A DNA stretch of 49,014 nucleotides from a virus: the UHGV virus genome UHGV-1369627. One strand, given 5' to 3'. The first letter of the stretch is position 1; the number at the start of each line of letters is the position of its first letter. The translations under genes were made by a program, and so were the position numbers. The notes below the pieces were generated by a model that made no database searches, was not told the origin of the DNA, and saw nothing but the letters and a program-made list of their open reading frames with translations. This document shows, one piece after another, positions 37,585 through 48,206 of the stretch.

Positions 37585-37860
37585 TCAAGGTTCATCATCA
37601 TCCTCCTCACTAATCGCAGTATCGAGTTGTCGGCGCAGCATACACAGCGCACCATGCGGCATAAACTGATTAGCCATCCCATCGAATATCTTCCGGTTTA
37701 ATTTATTATCAATGCGTGGTCTGATTGCAGACCAGCATGACCTGATTGCGCGATTTACCGGCCTGCGGTCCAGCATTGCGAGTCGCGCAGCTAACTCAAT
37801 GGTAATGAGCGCGTCAAGATACTGCTCGCAGGCGTAGCGATTTTCGTTATCCATAATCAT
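37585..37860 (-). CDS. hypothetical protein
   Basis: 91 aa. Downstream of the HNH with a 4-nt overlap. A competing ORF lies at 37416..37682. Confidence 0.35.
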   Translation of the reverse strand: MIMDNENRYACEQYLDALITIELAARLAMLDRRPVNRAIRSCWSAIRPRIDNKLNRKIFDGMANQFMPHGALCMLRRQLDTAISEEDDDEP

Positions 37861-38342
37861 TTACCATGGTTCTCATGAAAATTATACTTAACCTCCGCCT
37901 TTCTCCTTGCTTCAGCGGCCATATTTAAGTCAGAAAACAATCCAAGATGAATCTTTACGCCATCAACTTTTATGTTTGAGGCCCATTTTTTATGTTGCTT
38001 ATCCCATGAAACACCAGTAACACCTGATTTGTTTGTCACCCTGAACTTCATGTTGTGATTATTCTCTTTTGGAGTGACAAGCCTGAGGTTATCTATCTTA
38101 TTGTTTGTTTTATTGTGGTCTATATGATCAATCTGCATTCCGTCAGGAATTTTCCCATTATGCATTTCCCAGATGATGCGATGAACAAGATACTTGACGC
38201 CATAGATTCCAACAATCTTATATCCATTACCTCCTACCGCCTTCACCTCGCTTCCGATTTTCACTCTGTTTGAGGCTCTTATCTTCCAGTAAATAGCCCC
38301 ATCACAATAATAAAAAATATCTGACCAATCAGTTATTTTCAT
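37857..38342 (-). CDS. HNH homing endonuclease with AP2 domain
   Basis: IDHIDHNKTNNKIDNLR and SGVTGVSW motifs. Closest paralog of the 24056 gene. Confidence 0.75.
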   Translation of the reverse strand: MKITDWSDIFYYCDGAIYWKIRASNRVKIGSEVKAVGGNGYKIVGIYGVKYLVHRIIWEMHNGKIPDGMQIDHIDHNKTNNKIDNLRLVTPKENNHNMKFRVTNKSGVTGVSWDKQHKKWASNIKVDGVKIHLGLFSDLNMAAEARRKAEVKYNFHENHGK

Positions 38343-38469
38343 CGAATGTCACCCCTACCATTGCAAGTAATTTTTTCGCCATCAACTCGGCCTCATCATA
38401 GGTAAACCCGCAATCAACGTACAGGTCGATGTAAAATCTCAAATCAGCATCTGTTTCGCTCATCTTATG

Positions 38470-38504
38470 CACTCCTTATAGCTTACCAAATCAATCTACG
38501 TCAA
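38470..38504 (-). promoter_or_regulatory. early promoter TTGACGTAGATT-N12-TATAAG (minus strand)
   Basis: The 12-mer is the reverse complement of 38493..38504. The -10 is the reverse complement of 38475..38480. Drives an unlisted 42-aa ORF at 38339..38467 and the HNH. Confidence 0.5.
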
Positions 38505-38522
38505 CTTGCGGCACACTGTCAA

Positions 38523-38531
38523 TGGTATAAT
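38523..38531 (+). promoter_or_regulatory. late promoter, extended -10 TGgTATAAT
   Basis: Lies 29 nt before the tail assembly chaperone gene. Confidence 0.5.
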
Positions 38532-38559
38532 TACGTCATTGTGAAAACAGGATTCCATC

Positions 38560-39267
38560 ATGAGACAACGCACACCGCTAACAGAAATCGGAGAGATGCG
38601 CATCTCCCTGGCTGACAAGTCTTTTTTCTTCAAACCATCATTTGCGGCGATGAATGAGCTTGGCTCACCGAAAGAGATTGTCGAGCTGTACGCCACGCTT
38701 AATGGCTATGAATACGCAGCCATACTCGGTGCCATTCAGTCAATGCCATATGGCGCGCAGATTCAGGTGGCAAAAATCCTGTCACGTCCTGCCTATGGTA
38801 AGAAAGTGCTCAGCGCCGCCTGTCTCATCATGCAGTCCTGTTGCGATGATGATATCTCGGTGCTCATTGGGTCATGGAAGCCAACTCCGCGCGGTGTGAA
38901 GTACGTCACCGGAAGAATGCCGGTAAATGACATTATTATTATTGCTCGCAACCTGATGGAACATGGCATTATCGGCAAGTCTCCGCTCAAGGTTCCTCAG
39001 CGCTCGGAAAACCAAAAGCGCACAACCAGTGAATTGAGAATGTCTGATTACATCATTTCAGCTCGCACTCACTTTGGCATCACCCGCGAGGAAGCGGAAG
39101 ACCTGACCATGACCGAGTATCAGCAGATGATAAAATCAAAATACCCGGAACCGGAAGGCATGACGCGCGAGCAGTATGATGCGTCTTATGAACGGGCCAA
39201 ACTGAATAAACAGAAACTGAAAGAGAAAGCCGCCAGAAAGGCCGCTAAAAGCAAAGGAGCAAAATAA
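38560..39267 (+). CDS. tail assembly chaperone (putative)
   Basis: 235 aa, immediately upstream of and abutting the tape measure gene. Confidence 0.5.
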   Translation: MRQRTPLTEIGEMRISLADKSFFFKPSFAAMNELGSPKEIVELYATLNGYEYAAILGAIQSMPYGAQIQVAKILSRPAYGKKVLSAACLIMQSCCDDDISVLIGSWKPTPRGVKYVTGRMPVNDIIIIARNLMEHGIIGKSPLKVPQRSENQKRTTSELRMSDYIISARTHFGITREEAEDLTMTEYQQMIKSKYPEPEGMTREQYDASYERAKLNKQKLKEKAARKAAKSKGAK

Positions 39268-42188
39268 TGGCAGAAGAAGTTGGCGGCATTGTCTATGAGG
39301 TTGGCATGGAGGTATCAGGCCTCACTGCTGGTGCTAAACAGGCAGAGGATGCACTTGACAGCATCGACAAGTCAGCGCAGAACTCATCAAAAAGCATGGA
39401 TAAGCTCGATGGCGCGGCATCATCATCTGGCAAAGAGCTTTCAGCCCTGGCAAAAATTGTAAGCTCCATTGATGCAACGCTGAAGGATATGGCTTCATCG
39501 TCTAAGACTGCCGCCAGCTCAGTAGAAGCGACAACCTCAAGCGTCACTGGTGCGGAGCAGGTTATTGCAGCCCTAAACCAACAGCTCGCACAGATGCAGC
39601 AAGCGCAGGTATCCGCGAACGCAACCGGCCTTGCACTTCAAAACTCAGTCAATCAGGTAACTCAGGCAATTCGTGCGCTTGGCACTCAGTCAACTGAAAC
39701 GGGTGGCTCAATATCTGGTATTGACAGGATGATTGAGAGTCTTGGAAACCAGATCGCAATCCTCGACGAACAAGCGGAAAAGGGCGCAAGAAGTGCGGCG
39801 ATACTGGCTGCGCAGCTTCGTGCAGGAGATAGCGCCACTGACGCACAGAAAGCAAAAATAGCTGAGCTTACTGGCCGCCTGTACGACATGAAAAATGGCA
39901 CAGAAGCCGCCGGGAAGTCCACCGGTAACTTTAAAAATATAATGCAGCAGGGTGGCTATCAGATACAGGACTTTATCGTTCAGGTTCAGGGAGGGCAGTC
40001 TGCGCTTGTGGCATTTAGTCAGCAAGGTTCGCAGCTGGCTTCTGTGTTTAGCCCCGTAGCAGGCGCCGTACTGACCATCGCAACGGTTATTGCTGGCTCA
40101 CTGATAGCGTCACTCGGAAACGGAAAAAACGCCGTTGATTCACTGAAAGAAGCCATAGCAACCATGGATAGCGTCGTGTCGGTTTCATCTTCTGGTGTCG
40201 CTGTCTATACCGACAAATTCGCCCAGCTTGCAAAAGCCAATTCAGCAGTAGCTACCCTGATGCGCCAACAGGCACAGCTTGAGTTGCAGGCAGCCCTGTC
40301 TAAGGTCTCAGCGGAAGTAACGAAGGCATCAAGTGACTTTATCGGATTTGGCGATTCGCTTGTTTCATCGCTTGGTGGTGGCTATGCCAGCGTGAAGCTT
40401 TTCAATGACTACATGTCACAGCTTAATATCACAACGAATAGCTGGACGGAAGCCATTAAACAAGCGTCAGCAGCAGGTCAGGCCGGTCAGACGTCAATGA
40501 ATGGCATGATTGCCACGGTAGGCGCATTGGCTGGTAAATTCCAGCTCTCAGACCAGCAGGCTTTCGAATTTGCAAAACAGCTTTCTGATATCGCCAAAAA
40601 CCCATCAGATGAAAAATTGCAGGCTCTGGTTGTCACCCTGCAACGAGTCGGCGAAGGAACATCCAGCGGTGCGGCAACGGCGCGGGAGTACGCAAAAAGA
40701 CTGCTTGAGATTGCAACCAGCAGCGCTGATGCAACACAGCGCCTTCGACTGCTGAAGCAAATGACTGATGAGTTAACTGACTCTCAGGATAAAGCGTTGC
40801 AGCAAGCTAAGCAGACCCTTTTCATTGAACGACAGACTGGCGTAGAGAAACAGAAGGCTCTCGCATGGCGTGATGCTGAGAATCAGGGGCTAAAGGCCGG
40901 GACTCAGGCATTTCGTGATTATTATAATGTTCGCCTGCAAACCTATCAGCAGCAGGAGAAAAACGCACAGGCTCTGAAAGATGAGCGTAGCGCGCAAAGT
41001 GCGGCAAACTCAGAGGCAAAAAAAGCAGCCACAGAGCAGGAGAATATCGCCAATAAACTTGAGCAACTCCGCCAGAAGTCACTGCTTACCGCTGAAAGCA
41101 CAAGAGAGCTTAGCCGCGAACAGTCAATACTGGCTGCTCAGCAATCCCTTGGCAAGGGCGCCACTCAGGAGCAAATTAACCTTGCCGGGCAATATGCGGC
41201 TAAAGCATGGGATAACGCCAACGCACTCAAGGCTCAGGCAGAGGCGGAGAAAAAAAGAGCCGAAGCTGTCAAGGGATTCGCTGCATTGAAATCGCAGACA
41301 TCACCAATGTTTGCCGTTGAAACAAATTATCAGAAAGATTTAGCAGCGCTCAATGCTTACGCAGTAGCTTACCCGCAAAAGATAGCGGAGGTTGAACAGG
41401 CCAGATCCGCTATTGAGGAGCAATACCGCCAGCAGCGCCTTGATGCCATGTGGCAGGAGTGGAGCCAGCAGAATGCGGCTACGCAGGCGGCTGCTGCTGC
41501 ATTTGATGCTTTTGGGCAAACCGCAAGCAACGCCTTAACTGGCGTTCTGACTGGCTCAATGTCTGTTAGCGAGGCGCTACAGTCAATAGGGAGCAATGTG
41601 TTAAATGCGGTTATTAACTCTTTCGTTCAGATGGGCGTGGAGTGGCTTAAATCGGTAATTATGGGGCAGGCAGGAATGGCAGCAGCATCTGCCGCAACCG
41701 CCGCTCAGGCAGCAGGAATAGCAGCAGCTATGGCGCCAGCAGCAGCGATGACATCACTTGCTACGGGCGGCGCTAACGCAGTTCCTGCGCAGGCTGGAAT
41801 TGTTTCCACCGTTGGCGTAGCTAAAGCAATGTCTGTTGCCGGGGCATTAAAGAATGGTGGACCTGCGCAGGCTGGCTCAATGTATCAGGTCGGCGAGAAC
41901 AACCTCCCTGAAATCTTCCAGGCCAGCGATGGTAAGCAGTATATGATCCCAGGAAATTCAGGAAGGGTTATCAGCAACAAAGACCTCACCGGCAGCGGAG
42001 GAAGTGGCGTTGTGGTTTATAATAGCGTCGTCAATAACAGCAGTCAGGCTACCGCCACGACAACGGCAACCGATAACGGCGATGGATCTGTTACAATTGA
42101 GACGATTGTGGCAGATATAAACGAGGGCGGCCCGATATCACAGGCTATTACCAGCAACACCACTGCAACCAGAAGGGCAACAGAATAA
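39267..42188 (+). CDS. tail tape measure protein
   Basis: 973 aa. Ala/Gln-rich coiled coils with a hydrophobic central segment. Confidence 0.85.
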   Translation: MAEEVGGIVYEVGMEVSGLTAGAKQAEDALDSIDKSAQNSSKSMDKLDGAASSSGKELSALAKIVSSIDATLKDMASSSKTAASSVEATTSSVTGAEQVIAALNQQLAQMQQAQVSANATGLALQNSVNQVTQAIRALGTQSTETGGSISGIDRMIESLGNQIAILDEQAEKGARSAAILAAQLRAGDSATDAQKAKIAELTGRLYDMKNGTEAAGKSTGNFKNIMQQGGYQIQDFIVQVQGGQSALVAFSQQGSQLASVFSPVAGAVLTIATVIAGSLIASLGNGKNAVDSLKEAIATMDSVVSVSSSGVAVYTDKFAQLAKANSAVATLMRQQAQLELQAALSKVSAEVTKASSDFIGFGDSLVSSLGGGYASVKLFNDYMSQLNITTNSWTEAIKQASAAGQAGQTSMNGMIATVGALAGKFQLSDQQAFEFAKQLSDIAKNPSDEKLQALVVTLQRVGEGTSSGAATAREYAKRLLEIATSSADATQRLRLLKQMTDELTDSQDKALQQAKQTLFIERQTGVEKQKALAWRDAENQGLKAGTQAFRDYYNVRLQTYQQQEKNAQALKDERSAQSAANSEAKKAATEQENIANKLEQLRQKSLLTAESTRELSREQSILAAQQSLGKGATQEQINLAGQYAAKAWDNANALKAQAEAEKKRAEAVKGFAALKSQTSPMFAVETNYQKDLAALNAYAVAYPQKIAEVEQARSAIEEQYRQQRLDAMWQEWSQQNAATQAAAAAFDAFGQTASNALTGVLTGSMSVSEALQSIGSNVLNAVINSFVQMGVEWLKSVIMGQAGMAAASAATAAQAAGIAAAMAPAAAMTSLATGGANAVPAQAGIVSTVGVAKAMSVAGALKNGGPAQAGSMYQVGENNLPEIFQASDGKQYMIPGNSGRVISNKDLTGSGGSGVVVYNSVVNNSSQATATTTATDNGDGSVTIETIVADINEGGPISQAITSNTTATRRATE

Positions 42189-42658
42189 TGGCTATAGCTT
42201 ATCCATCATGGCTACCGCTTGCTCAGCGTGCCAGCAAGAATATGACGACTCAAACCCCATTCCGTAGCGATCAGCCTGCGGTTGGGGCGCCGATTTTTCA
42301 AAAATTAACTACCGACGTTGCGGTAACATGGAGCCTTACGTGGGTTTTCACGCTCAGGCAGGAACGGGCATTTATGCAGTGGTTGAGAAGCCCAAATTAT
42401 CTCAACAAGTGCAATGAATGGTTTACGATGGATATCGATCTTGGTGGTAGCGGATTACAGAATCAGACTTTACACTTTACTGATTACCCCGTACAGACAA
42501 GCATCAATGGCGGAATAGTCACATGGACTGGAAATGTTATCTGTAAAACCCTCAATAACTCCATGGATGAATTTGATGATGTGCTTGTTGAACTTGATGA
42601 GAGATGGTTTTCATGGCTCGATGAAGTCGTTAACAGGGATTTGCCGGAGTATCCATAA
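42188..42658 (+). CDS. minor tail protein (lambda gpM-like position)
   Basis: Gene order follows tape measure, then M, L, K and I/J. Confidence 0.5.
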   Translation: MAIAYPSWLPLAQRASKNMTTQTPFRSDQPAVGAPIFQKLTTDVAVTWSLTWVFTLRQERAFMQWLRSPNYLNKCNEWFTMDIDLGGSGLQNQTLHFTDYPVQTSINGGIVTWTGNVICKTLNNSMDEFDDVLVELDERWFSWLDEVVNRDLPEYP

Positions 42659-43128
42659 TGCCAACATTGCGTGAATACCAGTCAAAAAGACCAAACTGGA
42701 AGCTGTATGACACAATAACCTTTTATCATTCCTCATTTGGTTATGTCCGGCTAGTTGGCAATGAGTTTTCTGATGTTGTGCTTGGTGGTCAGACTTACCA
42801 GCCAGTGCGTATGGATGTAACCAGAAGCCAGCAATCAAACACTCCGGTAATCAACGCCACGCTGAAGTTTGCAAGACTGGCTAATGACTTTAAGCAATAT
42901 TTAAAGTTATGGTCAGGGTCTGGACGCATTGAGCCTATCACTGCGTTATACCAGCGTTTTGACGAGACCGACAAAGACACACCATTAAAACCATATACGC
43001 TTTATGTGAACGATGTGACGCTTGATCAGTCTGATGTAACTGTCTCCATCTCCATAAAGAACCCAATCAATGGCAACGTGGCAAAACTTTATGACATCAC
43101 AGAATTCCCCGGACTGCGTACCGTTTGA
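42658..43128 (+). CDS. minor tail protein (lambda gpL-like position)
   Basis: 156 aa with translational coupling. Confidence 0.5.
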   Translation: MPTLREYQSKRPNWKLYDTITFYHSSFGYVRLVGNEFSDVVLGGQTYQPVRMDVTRSQQSNTPVINATLKFARLANDFKQYLKLWSGSGRIEPITALYQRFDETDKDTPLKPYTLYVNDVTLDQSDVTVSISIKNPINGNVAKLYDITEFPGLRTV

Positions 43129-43141
43129 CGATTTTGAAGAA

Positions 43142-43549
43142 ATGATGACTGGTAAGCCATACGTCGACAGATGTTGTCACGTTGATGCAGTGGACTGCTG
43201 GGGGCTGGTAGTGCTGTTCTATCGCCTGTGCATGAATGTTAATGTACATCATGATGATTCATATTCAAGTGGCGGAGATTTTGTTACTTGTTTCAATGGG
43301 GAAGTTTCATTCTGGAAAGACACCGATCATCCAAAAATTGGTGATGTGGTGGTCGCCTATCGAGGGAGTCATCCGGTACATGTCGCGCTATGGTGGGGTC
43401 GTGATAAAATACTGCATGCGCGAGAGAAAACGGCAGTCAAGACAGACCGCCTTAAAACACTCGAAAAATTATCAACAAAATTAAGGTTCCTGACTTATGC
43501 CGGTTATTCACATTCAGAAGATGCCAGGGGTTCCAAAAGAGACGGGTAA
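43142..43549 (+). CDS. NlpC/P60-family tail tip protein (gpK-like)
   Basis: Cys-His core CWGLV...H...H. ORF 43070..43549; alternative start at 43091. Confidence 0.55.
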   Translation: MMTGKPYVDRCCHVDAVDCWGLVVLFYRLCMNVNVHHDDSYSSGGDFVTCFNGEVSFWKDTDHPKIGDVVVAYRGSHPVHVALWWGRDKILHAREKTAVKTDRLKTLEKLSTKLRFLTYAGYSHSEDARGSKRDG

Positions 43550-45977
43550 TGTTCCTGCTGGCACTAATCTGTGGAGATGGCTGGAGAATTCCGGACTTCC
43601 ATCTGATATCAGGATTGCGCTGAATGGCCGCATTTTTGGCCCTGATGATGAATTGTCGATATCGTTAAAGCAAAACGATATTGTTAACATTTACTGTCAG
43701 CCTCGCGGCGCGATTGGCGACCTTATCAGCACGATACTCAAGCCTGTAACTAAGGTTCTTTCTTTCCTGCTGCCAAAAGCATCAACGCCATCAACCAGCA
43801 CTGGCACGACGGTTGAATCACCCAATAACAGCCTGAAGTCGCAAACCAATATTGCGCGAAACGGAGAGGCAAGACCTGACAACTTCGGACAGATAAGGGC
43901 ATTCCCTGACCTGATTCAGGAATCGCTTTTTGAATACATTGACGATCTGAAGTACGTCACTGAGTTCATGAACTTTGGCCTTGGGAAATACACCATTTCT
44001 TCAGTTCGCTACGCGGAAACCAACCTCGGCTCTCTGCCAGGGGCGACGCACGTTATCTACAATCCAGGTGACGTGATTGGACAAATCATTGAGCCTTACC
44101 AGTTCGACGGTCTTGATGGTCAGGAGGTTCCAGGGTTAAACGAGTCAGAAGATACCCCGATAGAGACAGCGACCACAACATCTGTTACCAGTGGCGATTA
44201 TGCTGGCGGTCAGTTATTAATAGTCATACCAAAAAACACTGATTTCGATTACTTTATGGGGTTGTCTTTACCGCACTCCGTGTCATTAACAATAAATATT
44301 ACCTACAACTCGACATCCGGGCCAGTTACTGAAAACATTCAGCTTAGTGGCAACATCATTTCAGCTGAGGAAACTGAGACAGGCGTCATTCCTGATATTC
44401 AGTATTTCTATAATTTCACCTTCAATAACCTGACAGGCGCAAATCTTGGCAACCTGACAGGCGCAACCATCAACAACACTTATTTTCAGATTGTGGATAA
44501 TGAGGCGCTCGTTGTTGGCCCATATGTTGGGGCTGTGGAATCAACGCAGGTTTGGGTTCACGTTCAGTCTGAGCTTGGGCCTACCAGTGGTACGGCAGAT
44601 TATCTGATCAAGGTATGGGCGGTTGATGATAATGGGGATGCCATTCCAGGAACTGAGGAGCAACTCGCAGACAGCATTGATAACCCATTTAATCAGACAA
44701 CAAAAACCTATTATCGCACGTATAAGTTAACTCCCGCTTATGGGATGGCTAAGTATGCCATCAGCATTGAAAGGACAAACAACTCAAACTCTGGCAACCG
44801 CGTAACGTTGCAGGCGGCTCACGCCATCAACATCCGCGAGAATGTGGTTTATCATGATGATACCATTGTTAAAGTGACGGTGAAGGCTACGCTTCAGCCC
44901 ACATCGGTATCTGAGCGCAAATATAACGCGCTGATCACCCGCTGGACTATCGGATATAACAGAACAACCGGGACAGTCGACTATACGTTAACGCCATCAA
45001 GAAGTTTTGCAGATTCAGTGCTGCATAACTGGCTTATTACCGCTGGTCAGCCTGAAAGCACCATTGACATAGGCAGGCTTTATGAAATAGCTGATGCGCT
45101 GCCTGATGAGCGTCTTGGGTATTTTGATTACACATTTGACGATGAGGATAAGTCAATTGGTGAGAGAATCCAGACCATCTGTGATGCAGCGCGTGTAACC
45201 GTATTTTGGGATGATGGTGTTTTATCTTTTTCAAGAGATGAGCAAAAATCAACGCCTGAAACCGTGTTCAACACCAGAAACACACAGGCTGATGGTTATA
45301 AGATGTCTTATGACATGACTTTACCTGGTTCATATGATGGCGTAAGCGTTCAGTACCGCGACCCAAACACCAATAAACAGGCTTACGTTTATTATAAAGT
45401 TGGCATTTCTGGTATCGAACCTGGAGAGCCAACTAAGCCAAAAAAATTCGACATGCTATATGTTAGAAACCTGTATCAGGCAACAGATCGGGCCATGCTT
45501 GAGTGTAATCGTCTGATGTACTCACGCCGAGGAATGGAGATAAAGGCGCTTGCTGATGGCGAGTGGGTGAACGTTGGCGATATGATTTCCGTTGTCGACA
45601 TTTATGATTCAGTGCAGCAGACTGGCGTTATCCGCTCAAGGTCTGGAAACGTATTTACTACCAGTGAACAGCTCACGGCGGGAAGCGGTCTATTTGTGGT
45701 CATTACCGGCGCCAATGGGAATGTGTCAGAACGTATGGCTTGTACCGTTACTGGATTGAATACATTCGAGTGCGCATTACAATCTGATTTCGAGTTAAAC
45801 ATTTTTGACGGTGTTAATGTTCAGTCAGAGTCAAGATATGCCATCTCCACAGAGGTTGAGCTTGATTCAACGTTATGGACAGTTAGCCAGAAAACTCCAG
45901 GTACAGATGGCACAGTGTCGCTCACAGTAACTGAGTACAATGACGCCATGTTCGCCTACACCAACCCTGTTGCGTGA
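43497..45977 (+). CDS. tail tip/host specificity protein (gpI-like N-terminal domain fused to a gpJ-like region)
   Basis: N-terminal ubiquitin-like segment and LLPKASTPS (cf. lambda gpI LAPKARTPR). Size is 826 aa. Confidence 0.6.
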   Translation: MPVIHIQKMPGVPKETGNVPAGTNLWRWLENSGLPSDIRIALNGRIFGPDDELSISLKQNDIVNIYCQPRGAIGDLISTILKPVTKVLSFLLPKASTPSTSTGTTVESPNNSLKSQTNIARNGEARPDNFGQIRAFPDLIQESLFEYIDDLKYVTEFMNFGLGKYTISSVRYAETNLGSLPGATHVIYNPGDVIGQIIEPYQFDGLDGQEVPGLNESEDTPIETATTTSVTSGDYAGGQLLIVIPKNTDFDYFMGLSLPHSVSLTINITYNSTSGPVTENIQLSGNIISAEETETGVIPDIQYFYNFTFNNLTGANLGNLTGATINNTYFQIVDNEALVVGPYVGAVESTQVWVHVQSELGPTSGTADYLIKVWAVDDNGDAIPGTEEQLADSIDNPFNQTTKTYYRTYKLTPAYGMAKYAISIERTNNSNSGNRVTLQAAHAINIRENVVYHDDTIVKVTVKATLQPTSVSERKYNALITRWTIGYNRTTGTVDYTLTPSRSFADSVLHNWLITAGQPESTIDIGRLYEIADALPDERLGYFDYTFDDEDKSIGERIQTICDAARVTVFWDDGVLSFSRDEQKSTPETVFNTRNTQADGYKMSYDMTLPGSYDGVSVQYRDPNTNKQAYVYYKVGISGIEPGEPTKPKKFDMLYVRNLYQATDRAMLECNRLMYSRRGMEIKALADGEWVNVGDMISVVDIYDSVQQTGVIRSRSGNVFTTSEQLTAGSGLFVVITGANGNVSERMACTVTGLNTFECALQSDFELNIFDGVNVQSESRYAISTEVELDSTLWTVSQKTPGTDGTVSLTVTEYNDAMFAYTNPVA

Positions 45978-45983
45978 TACAAT
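45975..45983 (+). promoter_or_regulatory. late promoter, extended -10 TGaTACAAT
   Basis: Lies 32 nt before the tail fiber start. Confidence 0.4.
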
Positions 45984-46015
45984 AGGGCAATTAATGATTA
46001 CGGAGATTGCAGCCA

Positions 46016-48010
46016 ATGGCTACCACCCCAACTAACAAGCCAATCCCTTCTGAAGACCCGCGCGACCTGAAGTTTAACGCTGGGAAGATTGATGAAGAAG
46101 TCAACGGAAGTGCTGATTACTACGCCGACCGATTCGGCGTGCAGAGGCTGACAAATACCGGCAGGAATAACCAGTTTCAGGACGCACAGAATCAGAGAGA
46201 GTCTGATTTTAATGAGCAAATAACCCAGCAGGCTGATGACTGGCTCAATCAATTCAATCAACAAAATGAAGATTTTCAGCAATTCCTCTTAAACTCTGGT
46301 TATCAGTTTTTAGGGGATTATGAAAATGGACCGTATACAATTACAGTTCGCAATCAGATTATTCGTTACCAGAATGAGTTCTGGCGCTTGAATGCGGCTA
46401 CCAATCCACCATACACAACCACGGGTGTTAATAGTACGTCGTGGGCAGTTGATGTCACCCATTTGGTGAGCGTTGGCGACGCAACACTAAGGCAGGATAT
46501 ATATTCAAATTTAATTTTCAGACGTACAATTCTTCAGTACATGACCAGTGCTGATAAAATATTAATCCAGTCAAGCGTTGGTCAGGAGGTCATTGTAGAT
46601 TATGCCCTACAAGCTGCTATCAATGATGGTGTTACTTTTCTTGAGTGCCCCCCTGTTCCCGGTATTTATGTTTTTGGGGAAAGCCTGGTTACACTGCCTG
46701 TTGGGTTTTCACTCGAAGGCAAATCAAGAAAAATGACCACAACAAATTCAGACGCATCGTTTTATAACGTAGGTACTGTATTTCGTTTATTTAAGGGAGC
46801 TCCAACTCTTTTCAAATTAACCGCCCGACATACGTTCAGGCAGATTGTTTTTGATGGTCGGGATAAATCCGTGAGGTTAACGCAAGGTGACGACCAGACT
46901 CAATATTGCCGCTTTATTGATTGCGGAATACATCGCTGGAGTGTTGGTATTGGTCAATCGAGTCCTAATGGCTACACAGCCACGTTACTCGTTTCTGGTG
47001 GTACAATCTCCAGTAACTATATTGGTGTGAAAAACGTTATTGATTCCGCGTTTTTAGGAGTAGCAATTGGCTCCAATGATAGTCATGGCGTTCAGCTCTT
47101 GACTGGTTCGAATAATAACTCATTTGTTGGCGGTAGAAACGAATGGAATGGTGATTGTGCCTATTACGGTTATGGGTGTAAGAGGATACTGATTCAGGGT
47201 GATTTGCTGGACCGGTCTGGCAAAAATGCTGTAGCTGCTGTGGCCGGAGCGCAGTTTATCCTTTCTGATGTAGCGGTGCAGCGCTCAGGAAGGTTAGCAA
47301 CTGAGGGTAGTGTCGATGATGCTCACTATTATATCGAAGGCGATGGCTCTTCTATAATACAAGCCGCAGTTTATACCACCGCAGGTGCAAACGATGATGG
47401 CTCAGGGAGAGTCTCCCCAACCTATTTATTAGCCACTGGCGGTGGTGCTTCTAATAGTAAAAGTTTCATCGCTTCAGCATCTAACCTTTCAGGTTACTCT
47501 GGAACTTCGTGGCTGCGTTCAGGAGCGGTTAAAACTTTATCAGTAATTGGCTGCGATGGTGTGGAAGATGTGAAGAATTTTGGTCTTCTCCGCATTAGTA
47601 ATGGGGTGCAATACCTTGGTGAAACGTCATCGCTGTCGTTATCCGGGGCAGGCAACACTGCAACGCTAACTTTCAACACAACGGCACAGGCTTTTCCTCG
47701 GTATTCAACTGAGTTGCTTGTTCGTACTCTGGAAATTAGAGCACGTAACAACACATCTACAGGCTCTGTTGCATACTACTCTGTTAACCTGGTTATTTCT
47801 CGGGAACAGGCGGCAGCTGATATAGCAGTAGATACAGCTTCTGTTAGAACTTTTGCCACTCGTAGTGGCGGAACGTGGGGGATCGCTTCTGCTTCTCCGA
47901 CCGGTGTTTCTCTGGCTTTTGCTATCTCTGAGGATGGTGCTACACTAACCGTCACATTAACGGCTATTGACTCTGCAAGCCGAAATATTAGCGCAAGATT
48001 AAGGGCATAA
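46016..48010 (+). CDS. tail fiber/tailspike with right-handed beta-helix (pectate-lyase-like, probable polysaccharide depolymerase)
   Basis: Conserved N-terminal anchor ...PIPSEDPRDLKFNAGKIDEEVNG.... Repetitive G/N/S-rich beta-helix rungs. RBS GGAG. Confidence 0.6.
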   Translation: MATTPTNKPIPSEDPRDLKFNAGKIDEEVNGSADYYADRFGVQRLTNTGRNNQFQDAQNQRESDFNEQITQQADDWLNQFNQQNEDFQQFLLNSGYQFLGDYENGPYTITVRNQIIRYQNEFWRLNAATNPPYTTTGVNSTSWAVDVTHLVSVGDATLRQDIYSNLIFRRTILQYMTSADKILIQSSVGQEVIVDYALQAAINDGVTFLECPPVPGIYVFGESLVTLPVGFSLEGKSRKMTTTNSDASFYNVGTVFRLFKGAPTLFKLTARHTFRQIVFDGRDKSVRLTQGDDQTQYCRFIDCGIHRWSVGIGQSSPNGYTATLLVSGGTISSNYIGVKNVIDSAFLGVAIGSNDSHGVQLLTGSNNNSFVGGRNEWNGDCAYYGYGCKRILIQGDLLDRSGKNAVAAVAGAQFILSDVAVQRSGRLATEGSVDDAHYYIEGDGSSIIQAAVYTTAGANDDGSGRVSPTYLLATGGGASNSKSFIASASNLSGYSGTSWLRSGAVKTLSVIGCDGVEDVKNFGLLRISNGVQYLGETSSLSLSGAGNTATLTFNTTAQAFPRYSTELLVRTLEIRARNNTSTGSVAYYSVNLVISREQAAADIAVDTASVRTFATRSGGTWGIASASPTGVSLAFAISEDGATLTVTLTAIDSASRNISARLRA

Positions 48011-48206
48011 TATGGAAAATGAAACTAACGGTGCGTTTGATATCTGGTACAAGGAAGTATGTACACTGGTGGCACAAGATGGAAAGTGTGCTCCATATAA
48101 AATGGCGTGGTATGAATTTTATGAGCGTGGGTTGACACCAATACAAGCAACAGAAGATGAATTTGCACCAACTGAATACGTTGAATAATTAAATATCGTC
48201 ATGGTA

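Noticed and set aside
37416-37682. 88-aa minus-strand ORF
   Set aside because: Overlaps the 91-aa ORF by about 100 nt and the bidirectional terminator. Weak start context. Kept out of the feature list.
38654-38899. 81-aa ORF in the +1 frame of the tail assembly chaperone gene, considered as a frameshift product
   Set aside because: No slippery heptamer found. Lambda-type G/GT uses a -1 shift. The chaperone ORF already abuts the tape measure start.
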